Assembly (NCBI GenBank): GCA_038733315.1
Contig: JAVYPJ010000002.1
Coordinates: 192,001 to 256,000, forward strand
Origin: Candidatus Aenigmatarchaeota archaeon
GTDB taxonomy: Archaea; Aenigmatarchaeota; Aenigmatarchaeia; CG10238-14; SpSt-28
Direction of reading: 5' to 3'
DNA: 64,000 nt
Both the position numbers and the translations under genes were made by a program. Shown in pieces: positions 1 to 9,252 of the stretch; the stretch's first letter is position 1; the number at the start of each line of letters is the position of its first letter. Below the pieces are notes generated by a model, which worked only from the letters and a program-made list of their open reading frames with translations, was not told the origin of the DNA and made no database searches.

Positions 1-570
1 AACATAAATATTTCCCATATTTACGCTACCAACACCGAATTTCTTAACTCTAAAAAATTCACTAATCTTTTTCGCTTCCTCCTCCTCTATATTTCTATTA
101 AATAAAATTCCTTTGTTTGTTACATAAGCTACAGAAGCTATTAAATTATTCTTTAAAATTTTTCCAACCTCTACCTCTACATCAAGAGCATCTCTTATAA
201 TTTTTAAATTCTCCTTTTCGATTAAAGGACTAACAAGCGCGGCTTTATCATTACATAAAATTAGATTTCCAAGTGCGTTAAAATCGGAATCTATTATATC
301 TACATTCAAATTCAAACTCTTAAAAAATTTTATCTCATTTTCAAATATTGTCTTTGGCAATAGTAAGCCATTAGAATTTAAACAACAAAGAATTCCTATT
401 AACGAAGTATCCCATATACTACATTCTATTACTTCAGTTTTAAGAATTCTAGAAATTTTTTCTTTAATTTCGTAGCTAGTTTTTTTAGGAACTAGAGAAA
501 TTTTTTCAGAAGTTTTAAAGAATATTCCAATATTTGCATCTCCATTATAATCTATTAATTCGTATTTCAT
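1..570 (-). CDS. eif6: Translation initiation factor 6 (aIF6), 3' end runs off the window
   Basis: Not in ORF track. Manual translation from ATG at 570: MKYELIDYNGDANIGIF...SLIGILCCLNSNGLLLP...ALGNLILCNDKAALV...GVGSVNMG. ATGA overlap with rpl31e, its usual neighbour. Confidence 0.92.
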   Translation of the reverse strand, partial: MKYELIDYNGDANIGIFFKTSEKISLVPKKTSYEIKEKISRILKTEVIECSIWDTSLIGILCCLNSNGLLLPKTIFENEIKFFKSLNLNVDIIDSDFNALGNLILCNDKAALVSPLIEKENLKIIRDALDVEVEVGKILKNNLIASVAYVTNKGILFNRNIEEEEAKKISEFFRVKKFGVGSVNMGNIYV

Positions 571-812
571 GCAAGATCCACCTTAGCAATATTATTCTCC
601 TTTTGTATTCTTAGTGTAAACTTATACGTTAATTTTTTTGGTGAATGTCTTTGTATAAATACGTTTAACGCGTTTCCAACCTTTACTTCTTCAACTTTTA
701 ATATTCTTTTTAATTTTTCTTTTAATCTTTTCATTAGAAGTTTTTTCCTATTCCATCTTGGTTTTTTTATTATTTCCCTTCTTAAATTTATTCTTACTAT
801 TCTTTCCTCCAT
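567..812 (-). CDS. rpl31e: 50S ribosomal protein L31e (short)
   Basis: MEERIVRINLRR...PRWNRKK N-terminus; directly upstream of aIF6. Confidence 0.88.
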   Translation of the reverse strand: MEERIVRINLRREIIKKPRWNRKKLLMKRLKEKLKRILKVEEVKVGNALNVFIQRHSPKKLTYKFTLRIQKENNIAKVDLA

Positions 813-843
813 TATATTTTTTATCTTAAAAATTTAAAAATTT

Positions 844-1641
844 ATGCAAGTAGATTGGAATAAGTTTAAAGAATTTTTAAGTTTAAGATGTACAAATAAA
901 ACACATATAAATAACTTAACTAACTATGCAAAAAAATATGGATATCTTTTAGATTTAAATACCATAGATTTTTCTATTGAATTTAAAAAAATTACTCAAA
1001 ATAAAAAAACTTTGAAAAAGCATATTTTACAAGCTTTATCGGCGTATTCAAAATTTTTAGATGCATTAACAGAAAGTGACATATACTATAAAAAATTTAA
1101 CGAATTAAGAAAAAAATCTGGAATAACGTGGTATTCTCAAAAAATTCCAAAAATTTTAGATGAAAGAATAAATAAAGACGAAATCTTAGAAAAAATAAAA
1201 TATTTTCCGAAAAGATTAAAAGCAACCTCTATTTTACAATTATTAACCGGCTTAAGGACGCATGAAATTTTCTATTTAATAAAAAATTTTGAAAAATTTA
1301 AAAAAATAAAAATAGAAGATGCATACGTTTTTGAAATTCTATACTTAAGAAAAACAAAAAAAACATTCTTCACTATATTAAATGAAAAAGCTACAGAACT
1401 TTTGCCAATTGCATATAAATCTAAAATAAGTTATTGGAAAAACCTAAAAAAATATAATTTAAAGCCATACGATTTTAGAAGAATTTTTGAAAGTTTGTTC
1501 GATAACTTAAGATCGCATGAAATAGATTTATTGCAAGGAAGGGTAAGAGAAGAGTTAATAGTACATTATACAAGAGATCTTGAAAGCCTTGTAAAAAAAG
1601 TTTCTGAAAAACAAAGAGAAATTCTAAAAAATATACTCTAA
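844..1641 (+). CDS. Tyrosine recombinase/integrase, archaeal type
   Basis: Catalytic motif order LTGLRTHE (R), RKTKK (K), YDFRR (R), IDLLQGR, HY (Tyr nucleophile). Confidence 0.8.
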   Translation: MQVDWNKFKEFLSLRCTNKTHINNLTNYAKKYGYLLDLNTIDFSIEFKKITQNKKTLKKHILQALSAYSKFLDALTESDIYYKKFNELRKKSGITWYSQKIPKILDERINKDEILEKIKYFPKRLKATSILQLLTGLRTHEIFYLIKNFEKFKKIKIEDAYVFEILYLRKTKKTFFTILNEKATELLPIAYKSKISYWKNLKKYNLKPYDFRRIFESLFDNLRSHEIDLLQGRVREELIVHYTRDLESLVKKVSEKQREILKNIL

Positions 1642-2144
1642 TTTTTCTCTTTAACCCTAACTAATAGCAAAGTATTTTCGGTTAGCTTAACGTAATACTC
1701 TTTATTTGGCTTTAAATCGAATGAGTGATAATTTTTATTAGAATTCAATTCAGCTGAATTATTATTATCCCTTATTGTTATCTTGCCTTTACTTTCGAAA
1801 TCTTTTTCAAATCTCAACAAATATCTACCATCTCTTTCGAAAGAGCTAAGATTTATAACACTCATTTTTAAGCAGTATATTTCTGGCTGTCTATCGATGT
1901 TTATCTCTCGCATAGCTATATCACTATATTTTGTTGATATTTCTAATCCACTCTTGCCCTTTACTATTACAACCTCGTTGTTTTTAGATTTATTCCTACC
2001 TATATATATTGGGAGTTCAGAGAGGTCAACATTCATTTTATATACTTCTTTGCATACCTCTAAATTTCCTTCAGACTTTTCTTTAAACAACTTTCTCTCA
2101 AGTAATATAATCTCCAACTCTAATTCTTTTTTAACTTTCTCCAC
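1638..2144 (-). CDS. Hypothetical protein
   Basis: 168-aa ORF with GTG start, downstream of rps7; no recognised motif. Confidence 0.55.
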   Translation of the reverse strand: MEKVKKELELEIILLERKLFKEKSEGNLEVCKEVYKMNVDLSELPIYIGRNKSKNNEVVIVKGKSGLEISTKYSDIAMREINIDRQPEIYCLKMSVINLSSFERDGRYLLRFEKDFESKGKITIRDNNNSAELNSNKNYHSFDLKPNKEYYVKLTENTLLLVRVKEKN

Positions 2145-2184
2145 ACCTAATTGAAAAATATTTTAAAAAAATAAAAGTATAAAT

Positions 2185-2781
2185 TTATCTTGCACCTTCT
2201 GCCTCTTTTTCTATCCTTTCTCTTTCTTTTAATGCATAGCTCTTAGAAATGTCGTTATTTGCAGCTGCAATAATTTCCTCAGCTAATAAATCTTTCATTT
2301 TCGCAAAACCTACTTTTCTTCTATAGCAGGAATTAACAATATTTCTTATAGCTATATCTACTCTTCTTTGAGGAGAAATTATTACTGCAGTTCTAGCTAT
2401 AATTCCACCTATTTGATAGGATAGAGGCTCTTCTAATGGGGCAGAATTTTCTATAGCTCTTACCAAAACCTCTATAGGATTTCTTTTAGTCTTACTCTCA
2501 ATTATTTCAAGAGTTTCTTTTATTATTTTAATTATTTTATCTGTTTTTCCAACACATCTAGCAGAAGAGATTAAATGTTTTTTACCTTTATGACCAGGAA
2601 CCATCATTCTAGTTATTAATCTTTCTACAATATTCATCTTCTCTTTACCAAATCTTATTTGACTATATCTCCCATATGTCCTAGGAATTACAATTGGGTT
2701 TAAATTAATGTATCTTTTTAATCCCGCATCCTTAACTTCTACATTCCAATCCCATCTACCAAATAACTTTAATTCGCTCAT
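2185..2781 (-). CDS. rps7: 30S ribosomal protein S7
   Basis: KLFGRW, NIVERL, NPIEVLVRAIENSAP, SPQRRVDIAIR; follows rps12. Confidence 0.97.
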   Translation of the reverse strand: MSELKLFGRWDWNVEVKDAGLKRYINLNPIVIPRTYGRYSQIRFGKEKMNIVERLITRMMVPGHKGKKHLISSARCVGKTDKIIKIIKETLEIIESKTKRNPIEVLVRAIENSAPLEEPLSYQIGGIIARTAVIISPQRRVDIAIRNIVNSCYRRKVGFAKMKDLLAEEIIAAANNDISKSYALKERERIEKEAEGAR

Positions 2782-3203
2782 TATCTAGCAGGTTTTTGCT
2801 TTTTTCCTTTTCTAATAGCATCTAAGGAAACTCCATTAACAGCAATAACTCTATATCTAACACCCCACATACTTCCGACGGGACCTTTTTGGCCTCCACC
2901 TAAGGACTCTACTATAACTTCGTCATGTTCATTAATATAATTTATGCTTCCGCTCTTTGGAACAAAAGCTGTTAACTCTCTACCGTTTTTAATTAATTTA
3001 ACCCTAACACACTTTATTAATCCAGAGTGCGGCCTTTTTTGCTCAACAACTCTTTTCTCTATAACAATACCTCTAGCTTGGGGAGAACCTTCTAATGGAT
3101 CTGCTTTCCATAAACCTAAAACTCTAGATTTATACTTATAAGAGCTCCACCTAAACTTTTTTCTTCTTTTTATTAAAACTCTCGCAGCAAACTCGCCAGA
3201 CAT
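2781..3203 (-). CDS. rps12: 30S ribosomal protein S12 (uS12)
   Basis: DPLEGSPQARGIVIEK, KCVRVKLIKNG, TAFVP, EHDEV, GVRYRV. Confidence 0.97.
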   Translation of the reverse strand: MSGEFAARVLIKRRKKFRWSSYKYKSRVLGLWKADPLEGSPQARGIVIEKRVVEQKRPHSGLIKCVRVKLIKNGRELTAFVPKSGSINYINEHDEVIVESLGGGQKGPVGSMWGVRYRVIAVNGVSLDAIRKGKKQKPAR

Positions 3204-3227
3204 TATTAAATAATTAGAACATAATGT

Positions 3228-3629
3228 TTAAATAATTTTTATATCATCAATTTTATACATTCTTTCCAAAAAAGTTTTATATAACCTAAGCTTTCTTTTG
3301 TTTCTTCCGTATACAATACCTTTATAAACTTTATTTATTCCTATTTCAATAATTTTATTGCCGTTATGAGTTTTTATTCTAGCAAAATTAACAAAAGGTA
3401 TTAGCTCTTTAAGAAATTCAAAAACATTAGAAGAATACTCTAAGATTTTTATCTCTTTATTTAAAACTTTTCTCAATATTCCAATCAGCGGTAATATTTT
3501 AGCCCTCTGATTTTTTTCAACAACTATATAAACCACATTTTCAAACATTACAACATCTTTAACGTTAACATTAGTTAAATTCTCGACTAAATTTATTATT
3601 CTAATTAGCTCGTTATCAAATATTCTCAT
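3228..3629 (-). CDS. nusA: Archaeal NusA-like KH protein (divergent)
   Basis: Position between rpl30e and rps12, size, IKILEYS motif; GxxG loops degenerate. Confidence 0.75.
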   Translation of the reverse strand: MRIFDNELIRIINLVENLTNVNVKDVVMFENVVYIVVEKNQRAKILPLIGILRKVLNKEIKILEYSSNVFEFLKELIPFVNFARIKTHNGNKIIEIGINKVYKGIVYGRNKRKLRLYKTFLERMYKIDDIKII

Positions 3630-3886
3630 TTTCTAACCACTAAAACACTTATTGGAAAAGGCTTACCTAAAGCTATCCCTAACTCTATGCTATTCATTTC
3701 TGTTTCTATCACTTTGCTCTTATCCATAACTGAACTTAAGATATCTCCTTTCATATTCTCTGGTATATCTCTAGTCACTATAACTAATTTTGGTTCTTTT
3801 AACTTTAAATACTTTAAGCACTTTCTAAATCCATAAATCACGTTTCCTTTCTTTAATTCCTCTTTTATTTCACTTATCCTTTCCAT
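3626..3886 (-). CDS. rpl30e: 50S ribosomal protein L30e
   Basis: GNVIYG, KLVIV, ELGIALGKPFPISVL; canonical position after rpoA''. Confidence 0.92.
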   Translation of the reverse strand: MERISEIKEELKKGNVIYGFRKCLKYLKLKEPKLVIVTRDIPENMKGDILSSVMDKSKVIETEMNSIELGIALGKPFPISVLVVRK

Positions 3887-4997
3887 GTTTTAAACCAACT
3901 TCAACTCTTCCAGTTCCTATTGGCGCAACATTTCCAACCATAACATTTTCAAACATACCTCTAAACTCATCTCTTAAATTTTTTATCCCAGCCTCTATTA
4001 AATGTTTTGTAGTTTCCTCAAAACCAGCTCTAGCTAGAATACTCACTTTTCTCCCAGCAACACCATATCTACCTATTGGCATTATATCACCACTAAAACA
4101 CATAGTATCTACAATTAAAGATAAAAATCTTATGTTAACGTCTAAACCTTGTTGCTGCAAAGTTCTATATATTTCAAGAATTAACAAATTTCTTGCCGCC
4201 TCTATTCCAAAAACTTCTTTAACTTCGTGAGGATTGTTCGAATATGTATGAGTAATATCGACCCAAGGATATCTTATAACTTCTTTTAAATTGCTACCTT
4301 GCGTTTGAATTACCCACCTATTACCATCTTTCGTGACTATAGCAGCTTCTATTCCTTTAATACCTCTTATTGGAGTTTTAATGATTCTATCTCTTAAAAT
4401 TCTAAGCTCCTTAAACTCATATTCTTTCTTAGGCACAAGCACTATTTTTCCTCTACTTTTTTCGCACTCACAACTCTTGACTTTTTCCTTAAGTTTTTTA
4501 TATAGTTCTTCAAAATCATTCTTGTCATAAGGTATTACTTCCAAAGTGAATTCGCTCAAATTTATAACTACGCTCGCCAAATCCTCTAACTTTTTTTCTA
4601 TAATTTCATTAGCAATTTCATGCGCTTTTTCTTCTGTATTATATTCATTCTTCAAATAAATTGTCATAGAAGGAGAAGAAATTTCCTTTCTTGCATCAAA
4701 AAGCTCTATTAATCTTGGTAAACCTAAGGTTATCTTTAAACCAACAGTTCCAGCTAAGTGATAAACTCTCATAGTAGCTTGAGTTGCAGGTTCGCTAATA
4801 CATTGTGCAGCTAATATTCCTATGCTTTCATTCGGCTCAACTAAGCTCTTTATATATTCTTCATAAACTCTAAGTATTAATTTATCTTTTTTGTCCTCAC
4901 TCAAATTGAATTTCTTTACAGCATCGTCTATCTTTTTCTTCAAATTTTCTGGCAAGCTTTCGTATATTTTATAGATTTCTTGCGATTTCATATACAT
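3870..4997 (-). CDS. rpoA2: DNA-directed RNA polymerase subunit A'' (Rpo1C)
   Basis: EPATQATMR trigger loop, TLGLPRLIE, GIEAAR, LARAGFE, ENVMVG..APIGTG. Confidence 0.97.
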   Translation of the reverse strand: MYMKSQEIYKIYESLPENLKKKIDDAVKKFNLSEDKKDKLILRVYEEYIKSLVEPNESIGILAAQCISEPATQATMRVYHLAGTVGLKITLGLPRLIELFDARKEISSPSMTIYLKNEYNTEEKAHEIANEIIEKKLEDLASVVINLSEFTLEVIPYDKNDFEELYKKLKEKVKSCECEKSRGKIVLVPKKEYEFKELRILRDRIIKTPIRGIKGIEAAIVTKDGNRWVIQTQGSNLKEVIRYPWVDITHTYSNNPHEVKEVFGIEAARNLLILEIYRTLQQQGLDVNIRFLSLIVDTMCFSGDIMPIGRYGVAGRKVSILARAGFEETTKHLIEAGIKNLRDEFRGMFENVMVGNVAPIGTGRVEVGLKHGKDK

Positions 4998-7900
4998 CTA
5001 TATCTCCACCTTCAACTTTATATGGATCTATTCCATCATCTAAGGCAATGAACTGAACTATATTATCATTAGCATCTCTAACAGTTAAATCTGTTTCTAC
5101 TCTTAAATCATTTAGAGCTCCTATAAACCTTCTTTCTAAATAACCACTCTGTCTAGTTTTAACTCCCTTATCCATTAGCGCTTCTCTCTGATTCATTATA
5201 TCAAAAAATGTCTCTAATGGTTTTAATCCGTAGAAATATCCATTAGAAATAAATCCCTTGGCCTCTAACCTTAAATCACCTCTTTCAAAGTGTGGGAAAG
5301 CCCTATTATAATATCCAATGCTTATTCTTTTACCCATAACTTTTGCTTGACCTATTAAACCGCTTATCTGGAAGAAGTTTACAAAGCTGCCTCTAGCACC
5401 ACTAGCAGCAAGAATAAAAAATTCTTTATCTTTTTTATCTTTAACCTCCTCTAATAATATTTCGTTAATCTTAGTTAATTTTTCATTAATTACTCTGTTT
5501 ATTAATTCTTCTAGCGTTTCTTCGCTTGTTCTTCCAATTAATAGCTTTAACTCGTTTTTATTAAACTTGTCTATTAACTCTTCAACTTTTTTATTTGCCT
5601 CTTTGAGATGCTCTTTTATTTTCTTTCTAGATTCTTCACTTATAGAATATTCAATAGTAGAAATGCTAAATCCACGCATCATTAGATAATAATTACTTAG
5701 CCTAGATATTTTTTCTATAAATTCCTTAGTATACTTTGGACCATATAATTGTAATATTTTATTCAATAGCTTTCCATTATCTCCAACCGCTCTACTATCT
5801 ATTGCACCACTAATTAACTTACCATTTTGTATTTTAACTATTCCTTCTTTATCGGCTTCCCAGCTTAAAGAGGATAATCTATTTTTGAATTCCATAGATA
5901 TGTTTGGTAATAGTAAGCTAAATATTTCTTTTCCGCTAAGCTTCTCCTTTCTTGGAATGTCTACCGATAAATCAACATTCCTTATTAGCTGCACAACATC
6001 TTTATAATCCAAAAGGTTTTCTCCATATGTTAACAAAAAGAGTCCAGAAATTTGATCATGTAATAAAGCGATTATTGGTCCACCATATCTCGGACTTCTT
6101 ATATGCTTTTCAACTCCCATCAAAATTTCTGCTTCAGCCATAGCTTCTACTGATTGTAAAACATGCAAATTCATTTCATCGCCATCGAAATCTGCATTAT
6201 AAGGAATTGTTGCACATAGATTTATTCTAAATGTTTTTCCATTTGTAATTCTAACTTTATGCGCCATAATGCTCATTCTATGTAAACTTGGTTGTCTATT
6301 GAACAAAACTATATCACCATTTTTCAAATGCCTTTCAACTATCCAACCTACACTTAACATTTTTGCTATTTCATTCTTATTCTTTTCGGTTATTTTTATC
6401 CTAATACCATCTGGTCTTATAACATAATTCGCTCCCGGCCACTCGTTTCCATTAGAAACTAGCTTCCTTATTTCTTCTATGTTTTCTTCATTAACAATAG
6501 TAGGAACAGTTAATTCTTTTGCTATCTCCTTAGGTACTCCTACTTCATTAATTTCTAAGAAAGGATCTGGAGAAACAACACTTCTAGCTGAGAAGTTTGT
6601 TCTTTTTCCTAATAAATTGTATCTGAATCTTCCCTCTTTTGTTTCTAATCTTTGAGCTAACGCTTTTAATACTCTTCCGCTTCTATGTCTTGCAGCTGGA
6701 ATTCCACTCAATTCATTATCGAAATATGTAGCAACGTGATATTGTAATAATTCCCATAAGTCCTCTATAACTAATTGTGGTGCTCCTAGTTCTATTGCCT
6801 CTCTCAATTTTTCATTTACTCTTATTATATCAGCTAATTTATGCGTTAAATCATCTTCACTTCTCTCTCCAGTTTCTAAGACTATAGAGGGTCTAATTAT
6901 TGGTGGAGAAACTAACAATAAACTTAATACAAAGCTTGTGGGATCAACCTTTATTCCTATTTTTTTAACGTCTTCTCTATCTATGTTAAGCAAAAATTCT
7001 CTTATCTCTTCTGGATTTAATTTTCTATCGTTAATCTTAAAAGTATATGGTCTAACAAATGTTACAGAAGGTTGCTTAGCCTTGCAATGCGGACAAACAG
7101 ATGGCAAAGATTTTAATACCTCTTTTAGTTTTGGTTTTTCCTCTTTACTCAAAAGTTTTCCGCAAGATTTGCAAAAAACTCTTAAAAGTATGTATATGTA
7201 CTTTATAAATAAAGGATGTAAAACAGGTTTAGCCAATTCCATATGTCCAAAATGACCGACACAATTAGTAAAATTACCAAAACATGTTCTGCATCTAACT
7301 CCGGGATCTATTGTTCCCATTCTTGGATCCATTATTCCACCCTCTATAGGAAATCCTTCTTCATCATAAACATCTATCTTAGAAATTTTTATTGGCGCGT
7401 ACTTCTTTATATCTTCAACAGTAAAAACTCTAAACTCTATGGCATCTATTTTTCTAAGAGTTTTGTTAATTATAAGTTTTGGATATAAATGCATTGAAAT
7501 TAATTCTTGGAATAATAGTTTGAACGCATATGACATTTCTATTTCATATACTTCGCTATCATCTTTACAATAAATACAATAATGTTTGTTTTTAGAAAAG
7601 TCTTTAATCGCTATTAAACCACACTTTGCACAAACTGGAACTAAAATCTTGTCACTATCAAACCTTTCCTTTAGTGTTAGTGCTGCTCCATGAGCTAAAA
7701 GAACATCTTTTTCCATCTCACCCAATCTTAATCCACCTTCCTTAGATTTTCCTTCAGTAGGTTGCCTTGTTAATAATGTTACAGGTCCTCTAGATCTTGC
7801 AAACCATTTATTTGAAACCAAATGATGTAACCTATAATAATAAATGTTTCCTATCAATATTTTTACTTCATACTTTCTACCAGTTACTGGATCATACATC

Positions 7901-9252
7901 TCTTCCCTTCCACTTTCTTCAAATCCATACTTTTTAAGTAATTCTACTATTTCCTTTTCTCTATCTCCCTCAAAAGCAGTTCCATCCATTATCTTTCCTT
8001 CTAAGGCAGCTATCTTACCAAACAAAATTTCGAATAAATGACCTAAACTCATTCTCGATGGAATACTATGCGGATTAAAAATTATGTCTGGAACTATTCC
8101 GCTAGAAGTAAACGGCATATCTTCATGCCTAATCGTAAGTCCAACTACTCCCTTTTGTCCATGTCTAGATGCAAATTTATCGCCTATTTCTGGAATTTTT
8201 AGCTCTCTTAAAACTATTTTTGCCAACTTATTACCTTCTGAAGAAGAGGTAATAAAAACTCTATCAACTATGCCCTGCTCACCACCTCTAACTTCTACAG
8301 AAGTTTCTCTCATGTTTTCTAAGGATACTATAAATTTATCTACTTTACCTAAGAATCTTAATGGCGACATTTTCCCAACTAAAACATCTCCCTCTTTAAC
8401 TTCAGTTTCTACCGAAACTATACCATCTATATCTAAATTTTTATAAGCTTCCTCACCCCTATAACCCTTTACTCCTGGCTGAGGTATACCTATAATTTCT
8501 TCTTGCCCACTAGCAAATTTTTTTTCTTCAGTTTCATAAGTTCTAAACATATAACTTCTAAACAATCCTCTTTCTATGCTTGACTTATTCATTACTATAG
8601 CGTCTTGCATTGTATAAGGATGAGAAATTATAGCAATTACAACATTACAACCATTTGGATGTGTATCAAATGGAAAAACTTTATAAGAAAAAGTTTGTAT
8701 GAGAGGAACCTGGGAATATAACATAACATGCCAAAATGAATAAGTTCTGCTTTTATATGCTAACGTTGGTATTCCTAAGGCTTGACCGCTCATTCTTGCT
8801 CCAAAATTAATTCTATCTCCTCTAGTATGTTCAACAAAAGGTATTAACGAAGCATGCAAACCTAACATAACCGCAGGATGCACCTCAAAATGCGTATAAT
8901 TATCCTTCTTTTCCCCATCTATTTCTATACTTATTTTTGTGATTTCCTCTTCTTCTGCATCTAAAAACTCTATTATACCATTCTTAAGTAAATCGCTAAA
9001 ACTGAAATTCCCATCTTTTATGTACTTCTCTAATTCATCAATTTTTTCAGAATTGATAAGCGGTCTTCTTATTCTTCCGCTATCTGTGGAAATTCTTACT
9101 TCATTCTTATAATCTAAAATACTTACATTTACCTGATAAGAGATTTCTCCCTTTCTTCTTGCACTTCTTATTTTTTCCACAACCTTTTCAGGTTTTGTTG
9201 TATATCCAAGAAGTTCTCCATCTAGAAATACTTTATACTTTTTAGCCTTCAT
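4969..9252 (-). CDS. rpoB1-rpoA1: Fused RNA polymerase subunits B' (Rpo2C, aa ~1-596) and A' (Rpo1N, aa ~597-1427)
   Basis: B' motifs GDKFASRHGQKG, RQPTEGKSKEGGLRLGEME, YAFKLLFQELISM, followed in frame by A' motifs GGIMDPRMG, CRTC..C.GHFGH, LFNRQPSLH, PYNADFDGDEMN. Confidence 0.95.
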   Translation of the reverse strand: MKAKKYKVFLDGELLGYTTKPEKVVEKIRSARRKGEISYQVNVSILDYKNEVRISTDSGRIRRPLINSEKIDELEKYIKDGNFSFSDLLKNGIIEFLDAEEEEITKISIEIDGEKKDNYTHFEVHPAVMLGLHASLIPFVEHTRGDRINFGARMSGQALGIPTLAYKSRTYSFWHVMLYSQVPLIQTFSYKVFPFDTHPNGCNVVIAIISHPYTMQDAIVMNKSSIERGLFRSYMFRTYETEEKKFASGQEEIIGIPQPGVKGYRGEEAYKNLDIDGIVSVETEVKEGDVLVGKMSPLRFLGKVDKFIVSLENMRETSVEVRGGEQGIVDRVFITSSSEGNKLAKIVLRELKIPEIGDKFASRHGQKGVVGLTIRHEDMPFTSSGIVPDIIFNPHSIPSRMSLGHLFEILFGKIAALEGKIMDGTAFEGDREKEIVELLKKYGFEESGREEMYDPVTGRKYEVKILIGNIYYYRLHHLVSNKWFARSRGPVTLLTRQPTEGKSKEGGLRLGEMEKDVLLAHGAALTLKERFDSDKILVPVCAKCGLIAIKDFSKNKHYCIYCKDDSEVYEIEMSYAFKLLFQELISMHLYPKLIINKTLRKIDAIEFRVFTVEDIKKYAPIKISKIDVYDEEGFPIEGGIMDPRMGTIDPGVRCRTCFGNFTNCVGHFGHMELAKPVLHPLFIKYIYILLRVFCKSCGKLLSKEEKPKLKEVLKSLPSVCPHCKAKQPSVTFVRPYTFKINDRKLNPEEIREFLLNIDREDVKKIGIKVDPTSFVLSLLLVSPPIIRPSIVLETGERSEDDLTHKLADIIRVNEKLREAIELGAPQLVIEDLWELLQYHVATYFDNELSGIPAARHRSGRVLKALAQRLETKEGRFRYNLLGKRTNFSARSVVSPDPFLEINEVGVPKEIAKELTVPTIVNEENIEEIRKLVSNGNEWPGANYVIRPDGIRIKITEKNKNEIAKMLSVGWIVERHLKNGDIVLFNRQPSLHRMSIMAHKVRITNGKTFRINLCATIPYNADFDGDEMNLHVLQSVEAMAEAEILMGVEKHIRSPRYGGPIIALLHDQISGLFLLTYGENLLDYKDVVQLIRNVDLSVDIPRKEKLSGKEIFSLLLPNISMEFKNRLSSLSWEADKEGIVKIQNGKLISGAIDSRAVGDNGKLLNKILQLYGPKYTKEFIEKISRLSNYYLMMRGFSISTIEYSISEESRKKIKEHLKEANKKVEELIDKFNKNELKLLIGRTSEETLEELINRVINEKLTKINEILLEEVKDKKDKEFFILAASGARGSFVNFFQISGLIGQAKVMGKRISIGYYNRAFPHFERGDLRLEAKGFISNGYFYGLKPLETFFDIMNQREALMDKGVKTRQSGYLERRFIGALNDLRVETDLTVRDANDNIVQFIALDDGIDPYKVEGGDIDVYEIARNL

